Assembly: GCA_963845755.1 (NCBI GenBank)
Contig: CAWJTV010000005.1
Coordinates: forward strand, 64,001 to 128,000
Reading direction: 5' to 3'
Length of the DNA: 64,000 nt
DNA from: an uncultured Planctomycetota bacterium
GTDB taxonomy: Bacteria; Planctomycetota; Planctomycetia; Isosphaerales; Isosphaeraceae
Shown: positions 11,089 to 22,700 of the stretch, piece after piece
How positions within the stretch are numbered: position 1 is the stretch's first letter
How the letters are laid out: each line of letters opens with the position of its first letter
Made by a program: the position numbers and the translations under genes
Notes under the pieces: model-generated
Databases searched by the model: none
What the model was told of the DNA's origin: nothing
Seen by the model: the letters and a program-made list of their open reading frames with translations, nothing else

Positions 11089-11236
11089 TTGGATCAGGAT
11101 CGTCGGCAACCGATTAGCGCGCATCAGTCGAATGACTTGCCCAGACTCATGCGTGCCAAGGTGGGAGGGACTGGAAGAAGAGCGAGCCAGGACCGCGATC
11201 GACCGATCACGGAATGGCTCAACTGGCTCTCCGACA

Positions 11237-13302
11237 ATGACTCGCTTCCTGACCGCTGCCGACAACTTGATCGCAAGGAGTTTGCCCATGTCGAACAGTC
11301 CGGTCCAGAGACTGTCGGCCAGTCCCGGGAATCGATGTCGGAGCCGGGTCATCCCGGCTGCACTCCTCCTCTTGATCCCCGGCGTGTTCGTCGTGAGGGG
11401 CGACGAGGAGGCCAACTCGGTTTGGCCGAACACCCTTCGGTTGCAGCCGCTCGCCCCGGGGAGCCAGGGCCGCGACATCATCAAACTTCGGGCCTATGAC
11501 CATATCGGCTCCCCCTCATGCTCTCATGACGGCCGCTGGGCGGCCTTCGATGCGTTCAAGATTGTTTCCCCGGAAAAGGTGAGTTCACCGGAATGCTTCA
11601 TTGTGCGGTTGGACGGTACAGGGTTGAGCAAGCTGGCGGAGGGGACAACCCCGCGGTGGTCCCCTGATGGAAAGCGATTATTGTTCATGCGTGAGGGCCA
11701 AGGCGACCCCGATAAGGACCTGGGCGTCTTCGTGATCGACCGCGACGGCACTGGCAAGCGGCGGATCGGTCCGGGACGCTGGCCCGACTGGTCGCCCGAC
11801 GCATCGCAAGTCGCCTATTCACGAGGTGGTCCGGATGGCGGCGGTGCGCGACCTGGGGCCCGGATCTATATCGCCAAGATTGACGGATCCCGCCCCAGAC
11901 AGCTCTGCGATGGAGATTGCCCAAGCTGGTCGCCCGACGGTCGGAGGATCGCCTGTTGCCGCGTTGATCCAGGCCGTCCGGCGCCCGAGATCCGAGTCGT
12001 CAACGTCGAGACCGGCAAGGGATCGACCGTGGGAACCGGATGGTACCGCCCCGACTGGTCGCCCGACGGGAAGAGCCTGATCTGTAACGGGCAGGTGGAT
12101 CGGGATCAGGTCATGGTCAAGCTCTCGCCAGACGATCCCGGAATGCCACCTGTAGCACTCCCAGCAGGCAAAGGACACGGAACGTCCCCCTGTTATGCCG
12201 GCGAGGCGAGCGCCTGGGTCTTCGTCGATGAGCGCTCGCGGGCCGGGAATGCCGATCCACCGCATACCTTCGACGGGAGATATGATATTACGACGATCGA
12301 TTTGACGGTTGTTTACCTCGTGCCCAAGGACCGGCGGGCGTTGGTTGACTGGCGCGAGCGAGTTCGACTACTTCACGAGGCGCATCGCGGCGTTCCACCA
12401 TCGAGAGTCGGGGGGCCGATCGACGCTGCGGATCCATGTTCATCCCGATCCGCTGGTCGCTCCACGGACCGCGCGGGAAATCCGCGGCGACGACCCCGAC
12501 CAGACCTTTGATCACTCGCTCCATGAGGCGCGATCGGCTCTCGGCTGGCCGCGAAAACGGGATGGATTTCCCATCCTGTTCGTCCTGAGTGACATCAACT
12601 GGCGCGAACTCGACGATTTCCATCGGACGATACTCGTCGATCGTGTTCCGCAGTTCGAGGGATCGGTCGATGCGGAAGGACGCCATTTTCCTGGTGCGCC
12701 GTCAGGTGGCTCTCGGGCGATGTACCTTCCGGATGAGGGGATTGGGCTCGGTCTGATCAGCGGCGACGGCTGGCGCGTGCCGTACAGCGGTTCGGACAGT
12801 GCGGTCTATCACGAGGCCATCGGCCACCCGATCGGCCTGCCACACCCAGAGCCGATCGATGATTCGGTGATGGGCGTGGCCCAATACCGGTACTGGATCA
12901 ACCAGACCTGGCTCAATGATTCGCAGAAGCGGGCTCTGGGCTTCTTGGTCCGCGAGGAGCCCGGCGCCGCGAAAGCGGCCCGGCCAACGGTGCGCGACGA
13001 CCTCTTCACGGCCTTCACGGCGTTGCAGAACCCAGTCGTCCCGAGGACCAACGAGCCCGTGACGCTTCGGCTCCGTTGGCCCGAGGGCGTGAAGGTGCGA
13101 GAGCTGAAAGCTGCGCGTGCAAACCGAGCTGTCAGGGCCGTGGCTGGCCCTCCCCATCGGTTCTCCGGATCGACTTCCGTCCACTTTGGATGTGGGACAA
13201 TTCGACCGTCCCACGCCAGTGAGCTATCGCCTTGATGCGACCCTTGAGGACGGACAGTCGGTTGAGCTTTGGGGTTATTTCCAGGTCGTGTCACCCAAAT
13301 GA
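11237..13302 (+). CDS. Secreted TolB-like (PD40 repeat) beta-propeller fused to a zinc metallopeptidase-like domain (frameshifts ~12370 and ~13110; start uncertain)
   Basis: Repeated PxWSPDG motifs; hydrophobic signal-like stretch; HEAIGHPIGLPH zinc-binding-like motif followed by DSVMG. Confidence 0.7.
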
Positions 13303-13399
13303 CACACAACCGGGGTTACGCCCAAGCTCGGCGGCCCGCGCAGCCGGTCCGCTGCATCGCCTCGTTAGAGACGATGTCCGGAGCGACCGGGCAGAAAAC

Positions 13400-13703
13400 T
13401 GTGAGCTGCTGATGGCCGGCTCCTGAGAAGAGGTCGTTCACCAAATCCCTCTCGACCAGGAGTCTCACCCTGTCAGCGACCCACGACCTTCATCCTACCA
13501 CCACCGGCTCGAACCCGTTCTACCTCGCGTTCGACCTCGGCTGGATTACCTGGAGCCTCGCTCTCACCACCGCCATGGCCCAGAAGCCTCGGCTCCGGAC
13601 CATCCCCGCTCTCGAACTCGACGGACTGGAGCGGGAGATCCTCTGCGCCCGGCACCGTTTCGCCCTCCCCGGGGACGCCGCCGTCCTCTCCTGCTACGAG
13701 GCC
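13400..13703 (+). mobile_element. Truncated IS110-family element: left-end hairpin plus N-terminal ~78 codons of the DEDD recombinase
   Basis: The frame from 13470 (CTG after AGGAG) reads ...FYLAFDLGWITWSLALTTAMAQKPRLRTIP...LEREILCARHRFALPGDAAVLSCYEA, resembling IS110 N-termini. Similarity stops after CYEA. Confidence 0.7.
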
Positions 13704-13787
13704 GACAATACCAGGGGAGCCACTTCCCGATCTCCGTTGCTGAATGCCGGTCGATCGACAACCACTCTCACCAAGGTCTCTCCAACA

Positions 13788-13856
13788 GTGAGAGGCTCCG
13801 TCCCGGCCGACCATAAACTGGGAGGGATGAAGAGGCTCGGAAGGAGCCTCGCCCTC
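13788..13856. repeat. Degenerate REP-like inverted repeat
   Basis: GTGAGAGGCTCCGTCCCGGCC ... GGCTCGGAAGGAGCCTCGCCCTC form imperfect complementary arms. Confidence 0.45.
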
Positions 13857-14075
13857 GCATTCACGGACGAGGTCGAGGATCAAAGGTCCCGTTAATGATC
13901 TCCAGGCGCGGTTTTCAGACGGATGGGTGCTCTGGTAAGATGGATCTCTCATGGGGATGAGGGAGCCGGCAGCTTGGCTCGACCGAGCGGACAATGGTCC
14001 GGGTCGGGTTCGATGGATTGCCGACGGATGGGATGCTCCATCCCCAGGGCCATCGCCTGCCAGGGAACCGCAATA

Positions 14076-15516
14076 ATGTCCGCCGATGCTCCCTCACCCA
14101 CTACCAAGAAAAAGCTCTATATCGAGACGGTGGGCTGCCAGATGAACTTGCTGGACAGCGAGCTCGTGGTCGCCAAGCTGCGCCAGGAGGGTTACGAGCT
14201 GACGGACGACATCAAGCAGGCCGATGCCATCCTTTATAATACCTGCTCGGTCCGACAGCACGCCGAGGACAAGATCTACAGCGCTCTGGGACGGATCAAG
14301 CGGATCAAGGAGAACAAGCCCGAGGTCGCTATCGGTGTGCTCGGTTGCATGGCGCAGAAGGATCAGGAAGACATCTTCCGGCGCGCTCCCCATGTAGACA
14401 TCGTCGTGGGACCCGGTCAGCTCGCCCGTGTGCCGGAACTGCTGGCAACGGCGCGGGACGAAGGTGCGACAAGACTGGCGGTGAGCCGGGCGCGGCATGA
14501 TGGCTCCCTGGAAGTGGTCACGGCGAGCTTTGAGAGCTACGACGCTGATCGCGAGCCGGCGATGCGCCCGACCCCGTTCCAGGCGTTTGTTCGGGTCATG
14601 ATGGGCTGCGACAAGTTCTGCACCTACTGCATCGTCCCCTCGGTTCGGGGGCCGGAACAGGGGCGATCGCCCGCTGCGATCCTGGCCGAAGCTCGGCTGC
14701 TGGCCGACCAGGGCGTCAAGGAAATCACGCTGCTCGGTCAAACGGTCAACAGCTACCGGTTCCGTCATCCCGACGGCCGGACCTGGCGCCTCTCCGACCT
14801 GCTGGCGGAGATTCACGACGTTCGACGGCATCGAGCGGATCAAGTTCATCACGAACTTCCCCAACGACATGACCGACGACCTGCTCCAGGCGGTTCGGGA
14901 CCTCTCGAAGGTCTCGCGATACCTTCATGTCCCCGCCCAGAGTGGCTGCGACGAGGTCCTCAAGCGGATGAAGCGCATGTACACAGTGGCATCCTACGAG
15001 GAGATGCTCGCTCGGACTCGCGAGACGATTCCGGACGTGGCCGTCTCGAGCGACTTCATCGTCGGTTTCTGCGGCGAGACCGAGCCCTCCTTCGAGCGGA
15101 CCGCCGAGCTGGTGAAACGGTCCCGGTTCAAGAACAGCTTCATCTTCAAGTACAGCGCGCGGCAGGGGACCAAGGCCGATCAGTTGTACGCGGACGATGT
15201 GCCCGAGCCGGTCAAGAAGCGGCGGAACAACGAGCTACTTGCGCTCCAGACGGCGATCAGCCTGGAGGACAACCGGTACTGGATCGGCCGGACGGTCGAG
15301 ATCCTCGTCGAGGGTGCGAGCCGATCGACGACCCGCCGGGAGGGCTGGGACGGCATCGATCAGCTCATCGGCCGGACGGCCTGCGACCGGATCGCGGTCT
15401 TCGCCGGTGCTGAGCGGTTGATCGGCCAGGTGGTGCGGGTGGTTGTGGAGGATGCCAGTGCGGTCACACTGTTCGGTCGGGTGGAAACGACCGAGTGTGT
15501 TGCCACCCCGGCTTGA
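14076..15516 (+). CDS. miaB: tRNA (N6-isopentenyl A37-C2)-methylthiotransferase MiaB (frameshift ~14820)
   Basis: ETVGCQMNLLDSE, NTCSVRQHAEDK, GCMAQ, GCDKFCTYCIVP, HVPAQSG, SDFIVGFCGET, FKYSARQGT and a C-terminal TRAM-like region. Confidence 0.93.
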
Positions 15517-15528
15517 AGGGGAGAGCCG

Positions 15529-16278
15529 ATGGCCGTCTCGCTCGGGGATCTGGTGAGGTGCTGGATGGCCTGGGGAGGGATCGACGCCCGCCTGGCGCCC
15601 GACCCGGCCGTGCTCGCATCGGGATTTCCGGACGACGGCAACCCCTGCCGTCCCGGAGCCGAGCCCCAGTCGATCGCCGCCTGGGAGGAGCGGCATGGCT
15701 ACGCCCTGCCCGCCGGTCTTCGGGCCTGGCTCATGCTCTCCAACGGCCTCTATCGTAACAGTCCGCTCATTCATCCCATCTCGGCGATCGGGCCCATGAT
15801 CCCGTTCGCGCGCGTGCCCGGGATGATCGTGCAGCCCGAGAGCTGGTTCGAGCTGGGCAATCCCAATCTCCAAACGGTCTGTATCGATCTGGCCTATCAA
15901 CTCCCCGGGGCCGGGAACCCGATCTTCACGTCGGGTGACGATGCCCGCGGCAGCACCCCTCGGATCATCGCGCAAAGCTTCGCGGAATGGTTCCTCGAGC
16001 TGCTGAGGAATGGGGGCCGCGAATACTGGTTCGATCCCGATTTCGAGGACTTCGGTGACCCCTGGGCGTCGCATCGGCGGCATGCCCCGAGTCCCGAGTT
16101 GTGCGATTGGCTTCGGCCATTCGCCGACCGGGTCGGGCCCTTGCTCGACAAAGGAGCCGATGAGCGGGACATCGCGACCCGACTGGGACTCAGCCGGCCA
16201 GACGTCGAGTTGATCTTCCGCCATCTTCAGCATGTCGGGGAGGTGCCGGCGTCTCCGGTGGAGCGGGCCCAGGACTGA
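15529..16278 (+). CDS. SMI1/KNR4 (SUKH) family protein with possible C-terminal HTH
   Basis: GAEPQSIAAWEERHGYALPAGLRAWLMLSNG and IIAQSFAEWF are SUKH-like. The C-terminal ERDIATRLGLSRPDVELIF is HTH-like. Confidence 0.7.
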   Translation: MAVSLGDLVRCWMAWGGIDARLAPDPAVLASGFPDDGNPCRPGAEPQSIAAWEERHGYALPAGLRAWLMLSNGLYRNSPLIHPISAIGPMIPFARVPGMIVQPESWFELGNPNLQTVCIDLAYQLPGAGNPIFTSGDDARGSTPRIIAQSFAEWFLELLRNGGREYWFDPDFEDFGDPWASHRRHAPSPELCDWLRPFADRVGPLLDKGADERDIATRLGLSRPDVELIFRHLQHVGEVPASPVERAQD

Positions 16279-16485
16279 CGCTGTAGCGTAAGGACCTCTG
16301 TGGAGTGGGTGAAACGCACCAAGAAGTGACCCGATCCGGGTGGGTTTCATCCACCTTACACAGGCACCTGGAATAGGACTGACGTTGCGGCGTACGGGTC
16401 TCCGTGGATTGGGTGAAACCGAACAAGACGTGCTCCGATCCTGGTGGGTTTCACCCACCCGACACGGGAAACTTGGACTGACGCC
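16271..16485. repeat. Tandem ~104-bp units, each containing a REP-like palindrome pair (BIME-like)
   Basis: GGACTGACG recurs at 16272, 16376 and 16475. Each full unit carries TGGGTGAAAC...GTGGGTTTCA(T/C)CCACC. Confidence 0.75.
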
Positions 16486-16509
16486 TGCAAGGCCAGCATG
16501 AGGGTGGGG

Positions 16510-19500
16510 ATGAACGCGGGTTGGTTCTCGACCTATCACGAGATCCCCGAGCTGGTCCAGAACTGGCTGGCCGGGCTAGGCGTTCGCGACCCGGAGCGGG
16601 GCGCGCGCGATCTTGCCGACCTCACCCGGAGGGCTGGCCTGGCGCATCGGGATCAGGTGGACCGGATCGCCGTTCAGCTCGACACGGTCCTTCCGGGATG
16701 TCCCGACCCGAGCATGGCGCTGACCAATCTCGAGCGGTTCCTCGCCGCCGTTCCCCGGCTCGATCGGACGCTCGCGGAGCTGGCCGGCGATCCACGGACG
16801 ACCGAGATCCTGCTCCAGGTCTTCAGCACCAGCCAGTATTACAGCGAGGTCCTGATCCGCGATCCGGAGCTATTCGACTGGCTCCAGACCGGCGCCGACC
16901 TTCGCGACCGGACCATGCTCGTCGATCAGCTCTGGGAAACGCTGTCCGCCCTGACGGCCGAGGAGGAACAGAAACTGGCCTTGCGCCGGTTCCGACAGCG
17001 CGAGAGTCTCCGCATCGGCTATAACGACATCGTTCGCGGGCTTCCCCCTCGAGTTGATCACGCAGGACCTCTCCCACCTGGCCGATGCCTGCGTGGAAGG
17101 CGCCGTGCGTCTAGCCCGGGCGCGGGCTGAGGCGCGGTTCGGCGAACCGACGACATCGCGGGGCTCGCCCGCTCGGTTCGTCGTCCTGGGCCTGGGAAAG
17201 CTCGGGGGCATCGAGCTGAACTACAGCTCGGACATCGACCTCGTCTTCCTCTACGATGAGGACGGCCAGACCACCGGGCCCAAGGTCATTTCCAACGCCG
17301 AACTTTTCGCGCGGATGGGGAGCGAGGTGGTCCGCCTGCTGGCCGAGCACACCGCGCTGGGGATGGCCTACCGGGTCGACATGCGCCTCCGTCCGGACGG
17401 GGAACAGGGGGCGATGGCCCGCTCGCTCAATGCGACGGTCGACTATTACGTGACCCGAGGGCGGACCTGGGAACGCCAGGCGCTGCTCAAGTGCCGGCCC
17501 ATGGCCGGCGATCTGACGCTGGGCGGGACGTTCCAGGAGGCGATCACCCCGTTCGTTTATCGCCGATACCTTGCCGCGGCCGAGATCGCCGAGATCAAGG
17601 CCCTCAAGCGCCGGATTGAGCAGCGCACCGTCTCGGCCGGCACGGCGGAGGTCGAGGTCAAGACGGGGCGGGGCGGCATCCGCGACGTCGAGTTCGTCGT
17701 CCAGTTCCTCCAGCTCCTCCATGGCGGCGAATACCCCGAGGTACGAGGCGGCAACACGCTCCACGCCATCGCGCAGCTCGAGCGGGTCGGCTGCCTCAGC
17801 GCCGAGGAGCGGTACATCATGGACGACACATACCGGTTCCTGCGGAGGGTCGAACACCGGCTCCAGATCGTCTTCGACCGGCAGACACACGAGATGCCCC
17901 GTGAGATGGAGTCCGTGCGCACACTGGCCCTCCGGATGGGCTACGCGCCGGCCAGTGCCTGGGAGGAGCGGACCGGACCCGCGGTCCGCTTCCTTGGCGA
18001 CTACAAGAGCAAGACCGAGCTGAACCGGCGGATCCTCAATCATCTGTTGCACGATGCCTTCAGCGGCGACGATGGCGCGGCCGCCGACCCGATCGTCAAC
18101 CTCGTACTCGACCCCGATCCCGATCCCGAGCTGATCGTGGAGGTCCTGGCCCGATACCCGTTTCGCGACCAGTCGACGGCTCATCAGAACCTCCTGGCCC
18201 TCGCCCGCGAGGACATTCCGTTCCTGTCCCAGGCGCGTTGCCGGCACTTCCTGGCCGCGATCGCGCCCCGGCTGCTCGACGCCGTCGGCCGCACACCCGA
18301 CCCCGACATGACGCTGACGAACCTGGAGAAGGTGTCGGCATCGCTGGGCGCCAAGGCGGTGCTCTGGGAGCTATTCAACTTCAATCCGCCGAGCCTGCGT
18401 CTGTATGTCGAGCTGTGCGCAACCAGCCAGTTCCTCTCCGAGATCCTGATTAACAACCCCGGCATGATCGACGACCTGGTGGACTCGCTGGTCGTGGACC
18501 GGCCCTCGCCGGGAACGGCGATCGCGGCGGAACTGCAGGAACTTTCCGCGGGGGCGGAGGATCCGGCCCCGATTTTATGGAGCTTCCGGAACAAGGAATG
18601 GGTGCGAATCGGGACCCGCGACATCCTGGGTCGGGAACCGGTCCGCGAGGTGACGCGCGAGCTGGCCGACGTCGCCGAGGCCGTGGTGACCCAGGTGGCG
18701 CGCGACCAATGGGAGCGACGCGGAGCGCTACGGGACGCCACGAGGATCGACCGGCGGCCGCCCCGACCGCTGGGCGATCGTCGGTCTGGGAAAATTCGGC
18801 GGGCGCGAGCTAAACTATCACAGCGACCTGGACCTCGTCTTCCTCCACGAGTCCGACGGAATGACCGCCGGTGGACCTACGTCGATCTCGAACGACCAGT
18901 TCGTCACCGAGGTCGTGCAACGGGTACTCAAGGCCCTGGGGAGCGGCTCGGACTCCGGCCCGTTATATGTCGTCAACGCCCGGATGCGGCCTCACGGTGC
19001 CTCCGGGCCGCTGGTCTTGACCCTCGATGCCTTTCGCGATTACCTCGAGCGTTCGACGCAGCCCTGGGAGCGGATGGCATTCAACCGGGCGCGCGTGGTC
19101 TTCGCGACGGGCGGATTCGGGCGAAAGGTGACCGAGGTCATCCGTTCCATGTTGTCGGCCCCGGCCGATCCCGTGCAACTGGCTGCGCAGGCGCTGGCGA
19201 TGCGCCGGAGACTCGAGTCCTCGCGCCCCCGACGGCATCTGAAGCGCGGGTTCGGCGGTGTGGCGGACATCGAGTTCATCGTCCAGTACCTCCAGCTTGC
19301 CCATGCCGCCACGCTACCGGATCTGCTCCTTCCCAATCTCTGGGACGCACTCGACGCACTGAGGCGCCACGGCCTGATCGGCGACCAGATCCACGCGGAT
19401 CTCCGCGATGCCTACGACTTCCTGCGCGCCGTCGAGGGCCGGCTCAGGCTCATCCAGAATCGCAACGTCGGATCACTCCCCGAGCTCCCCGATGACCTGG

Positions 19501-19676
19501 AGCGCCTGGCTCGCCGGTTCAACGACGAGGACCCGGCCTGCTCCGTCGCGTCGTTCCTGGACGACGTCGATCGCACGACCCATCGCACGCGAGCGATCTT
19601 CGATCAGATTATTACGGCGCAGGCTCAGCAGGCAGTTCGAGCCGTTCCTGGTCAAATGTCCGCCGCGAACCCCTGA
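16510..19676 (+). CDS. glnE: Bifunctional glutamine synthetase adenylyltransferase/adenylyl-removing enzyme GlnE (frameshifts ~17050 and ~18720)
   Basis: Two nucleotidyltransferase motifs, GKLGGIELNYSSDIDL and GKFGGRELNYHSDLDL; also YRVDMRLRPDG, WERQAL, KTGRGGIRDVEF and KRGFGGVADIEF. Confidence 0.93.
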
Positions 19677-19710
19677 GCGAACGACTTGCCTCTTCAGGAG
19701 CAGCCCGTTG

Positions 19711-22700
19711 ATGAACGAATCCGGCGATCAGCGCAGCCTCATCGATCTACTCGCGGAGGAGTTCCTCGAGCGGAAGCGTCGCGGAGAAGAGCCCTCGGTC
19801 GCCGAGTACGCCGTACGTTTTCCGGAGCTTGGGGACGATATTCGGAAGGTTTTTCGCGCGATCGCCATGATCGAATCGCTCAAGCCGGGGTCGAAGGAGT
19901 CGATCGACGCGATCTCTCCCGTCATACCGGGGGGCCGCGGAGCCATCCCCGAGCGTCTGGGCGATTTCCGCATCCTGCGATTCGTGGCCGAAGGAGGAAT
20001 GGGTTATGTCTTCGAGGCCGAGCAGGAGTCGATGAACCGTCATGTTGCGCCTCAAGGTCCTGAAACCCCAGGCCCATAGTCCGAAGATGCTGGCCCGGTT
20101 TCTCCGCGAGTCGAAGGCGCCGGGCCGTCTGCATCATACGAACATCATTCCGGTTTTCGGCATCGGCGAGTGCGACGGTCTCCACTTCTACGCGATGCAG
20201 TTCATTCACGGCAAATCCCTCGAACGAGTCATCTCCGACCTTCGTCGCCTCCAGAATCGCGACGATGAGACGGTGGCACGAAGCGCCACGGGCTCGGGAG
20301 CCGAGAGATCGTCAACCCTGGCTTCAATCTCTCAAGGACTGAGGACCGGGGTCTTCGGTGGCACCGTGCTGATCGAGGCGTGGCGGCAGAACGGGACTGG
20401 CGCGGACGACTCCGGGTCGGCGGGCCTATCGCCGACTCAGCTTTCCGACGGCGCGATCGCTCGACCAACTGAGGCGGAGAATCACGCCGACCCATCAACA
20501 GCCACGGACCAGTCGGGCTTGAGTTCCTCCGCCCGTGACACGTTTTACAAGAGCGCCGCGCGAATCGGCGAGCAGGCAGCCCGCGCGCTGGGAAGCGCCC
20601 ACCGCAACGGCATCCTCCACCGAGATATCAAGCCATCCAATCTTCTGATCGACCTCCAAGGCAATGTCTGGGTCGCTGACTTCGGACTGGCGTATGAAGA
20701 AGACGCCGAAGACATCTCCCACGGCGACGTTGTCGGAACCCTCCGGTTCATCCCACCCGAGCGGTTCAGGCAAATGTCGTTGCCGCAGGGCGACGTGTAT
20801 TCGCTCGGTCTGACCCTCTACGAGCTCGTCACGCTTGAGCCGGCGTTCCGGAGCAGCCATGCGCGTCACCTGCTGCGGTCGCTGGAGTACGAGCAGCCCA
20901 AACCTCCGCGGGCGATCGATGGGAGAATCCCGAAAGACTTCGAGACGATCATCCTGAAGGCGATCGATAAGGACCCCGCTCGTCGTTACGAGACGGCCGA
21001 CGCGATGGCCGACGATCTGCTCGCGTTCCGTGAGGACCGGGAGATTCGGGGCCGGCGCGTCCGATGGGATGAGAGGCTTGCGCGATGGTGCCGGCGCAAT
21101 CCCGTCATGGCCGTCCTCGCCGCCTCGGTCTTGTTGCTGTTGTCGACGATCGCCGCGGGCATGTCGCTCTCGGTGGTCTGGCTCAGGAAGGAGCGCCAGG
21201 CCACACTCCAGCAGCTCAGCCTGACCCGCGAGGCTGAGGACCTCGGCCACCGCCGCCTGTTGGACTCGCTTCTGGCGCAGGCGCAAGCACGTCGGCGGGG
21301 AGTCGAGGTCGGCCGCAGGTCCCAGAGTCTGGATGCGGTCGCTCGAGCCGGCCGACTCATGCGGGATCTTGGCCTGACCACCGAGAAACAGCTCCTCTTG
21401 CGTAATGAGGCGATCGCCTGCATCGCGCTGGTCGATCTCTTGCCCATTCGAACCCTTCCCGAGCTGCCGGGAGCGGATCGCGGCCCTGGCGGGGAGCTGT
21501 CCGATATCTATCTCCCGTTTGATGCCGATTTCAGTCGCTGCGCCCGCATGATCGAAGATCGATGTCTCGCGATCCTCGACACGACACAGGGGACAGTCTT
21601 GAGGCGGCTGGCAGCACCCCCAGGGATTTTCGCCGGTGGATTCAGTCAAGATGGCCGATATGTCCTGGCTACGGCCTCGGAACCGACCGCGGGACCGACC
21701 CTTGCCGTGTGGGATCTGACCCGGGACGGGTCGGCGCCGACGATCCTCATGGAGCGTTCCGTGATCTCCTGGGCATTTCACCCAGACGGCCATCGGCTGG
21801 CGATCGGCCGGCCACAAGACGGAGTGATTACTCTGCTCGAACTCTCCTCCGGACGCCAGTTGGGCCTGATCGGATCGGGCCCGGCCCCGACGCAAAATGA
21901 GCAGGCGATGGCCTTCTCGCCGGACGGGACGCGTCTCGCCGTGGGGACCGATGAGGGGGAATCCGTTCGGATCTACGACCTCGCGAGCGGCGCCCTCGCG
22001 GACGAGTGGCACGTCGGAACCTCGGTCTCCTCCCTGGCCTGGAGCGACGACGGCCGACTGCTGGCCGCGGGCTGCGACGACCTGCAAATCTATCTCAGAG
22101 ACATGGCCCCCCTGCACGGTGCCCCTCCGGTTGTCGTCTCCACCTTGTCGGGACACAAGAACAACGTGTTCAAGGTGGCGTTCGTCGGCGGGCTCCTCGT
22201 ATCGACGTCACATGACGAGACCGTGCGCATTTGGGATCCGATCCGTGGGGCCGAATTGACCTCTTGTCCGGGTCAGTACTTCCATCGGGGGCCCGACAAG
22301 ACGGTCCTGATCGAAGCACCCTCCTTGAGGTTGAAGTACGAGGTGATGTCGATTGTCGGAGGCGAGTTCCGATGGATTCCGCAGGGGTTGTTCGGCAACC
22401 GGATGGCCCGGCCTTCGGGCATAACGTCCGCAGTGAGCTTCCATCCGAGTGGCGGTTGGCTAGCAACAGCCAACTCGGATGGGGCCAGGCTCTACGACAC
22501 CGAGAAGGGCATCGAAGTCGCCTGCCTGACTGGTAGTGATCCGAAGTTCAGTAGTGTGGCGTTTCACCCCGAGGGCCGTGAATTATTGACCCACGGCGGT
22601 GCCGGGGTTCAGCTCTGGCCGATCCGCATGGAATCCGGTCCGGCGGCAGGCTTACGGGTCGGAGTACCAAGTCTCGTGGCGTCAACAGGTTTTCAGGGTC

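Noticed and set aside
13704..13895. C-terminal half of ORF 13575-13895 as a real protein
   Set aside because: IS110 similarity ends at CYEA, and the remainder runs through a REP-like palindrome.
16271..16485. Possible mini-CRISPR
   Set aside because: Only two ~104-bp units that are similar along their whole length, so REP/BIME-like.
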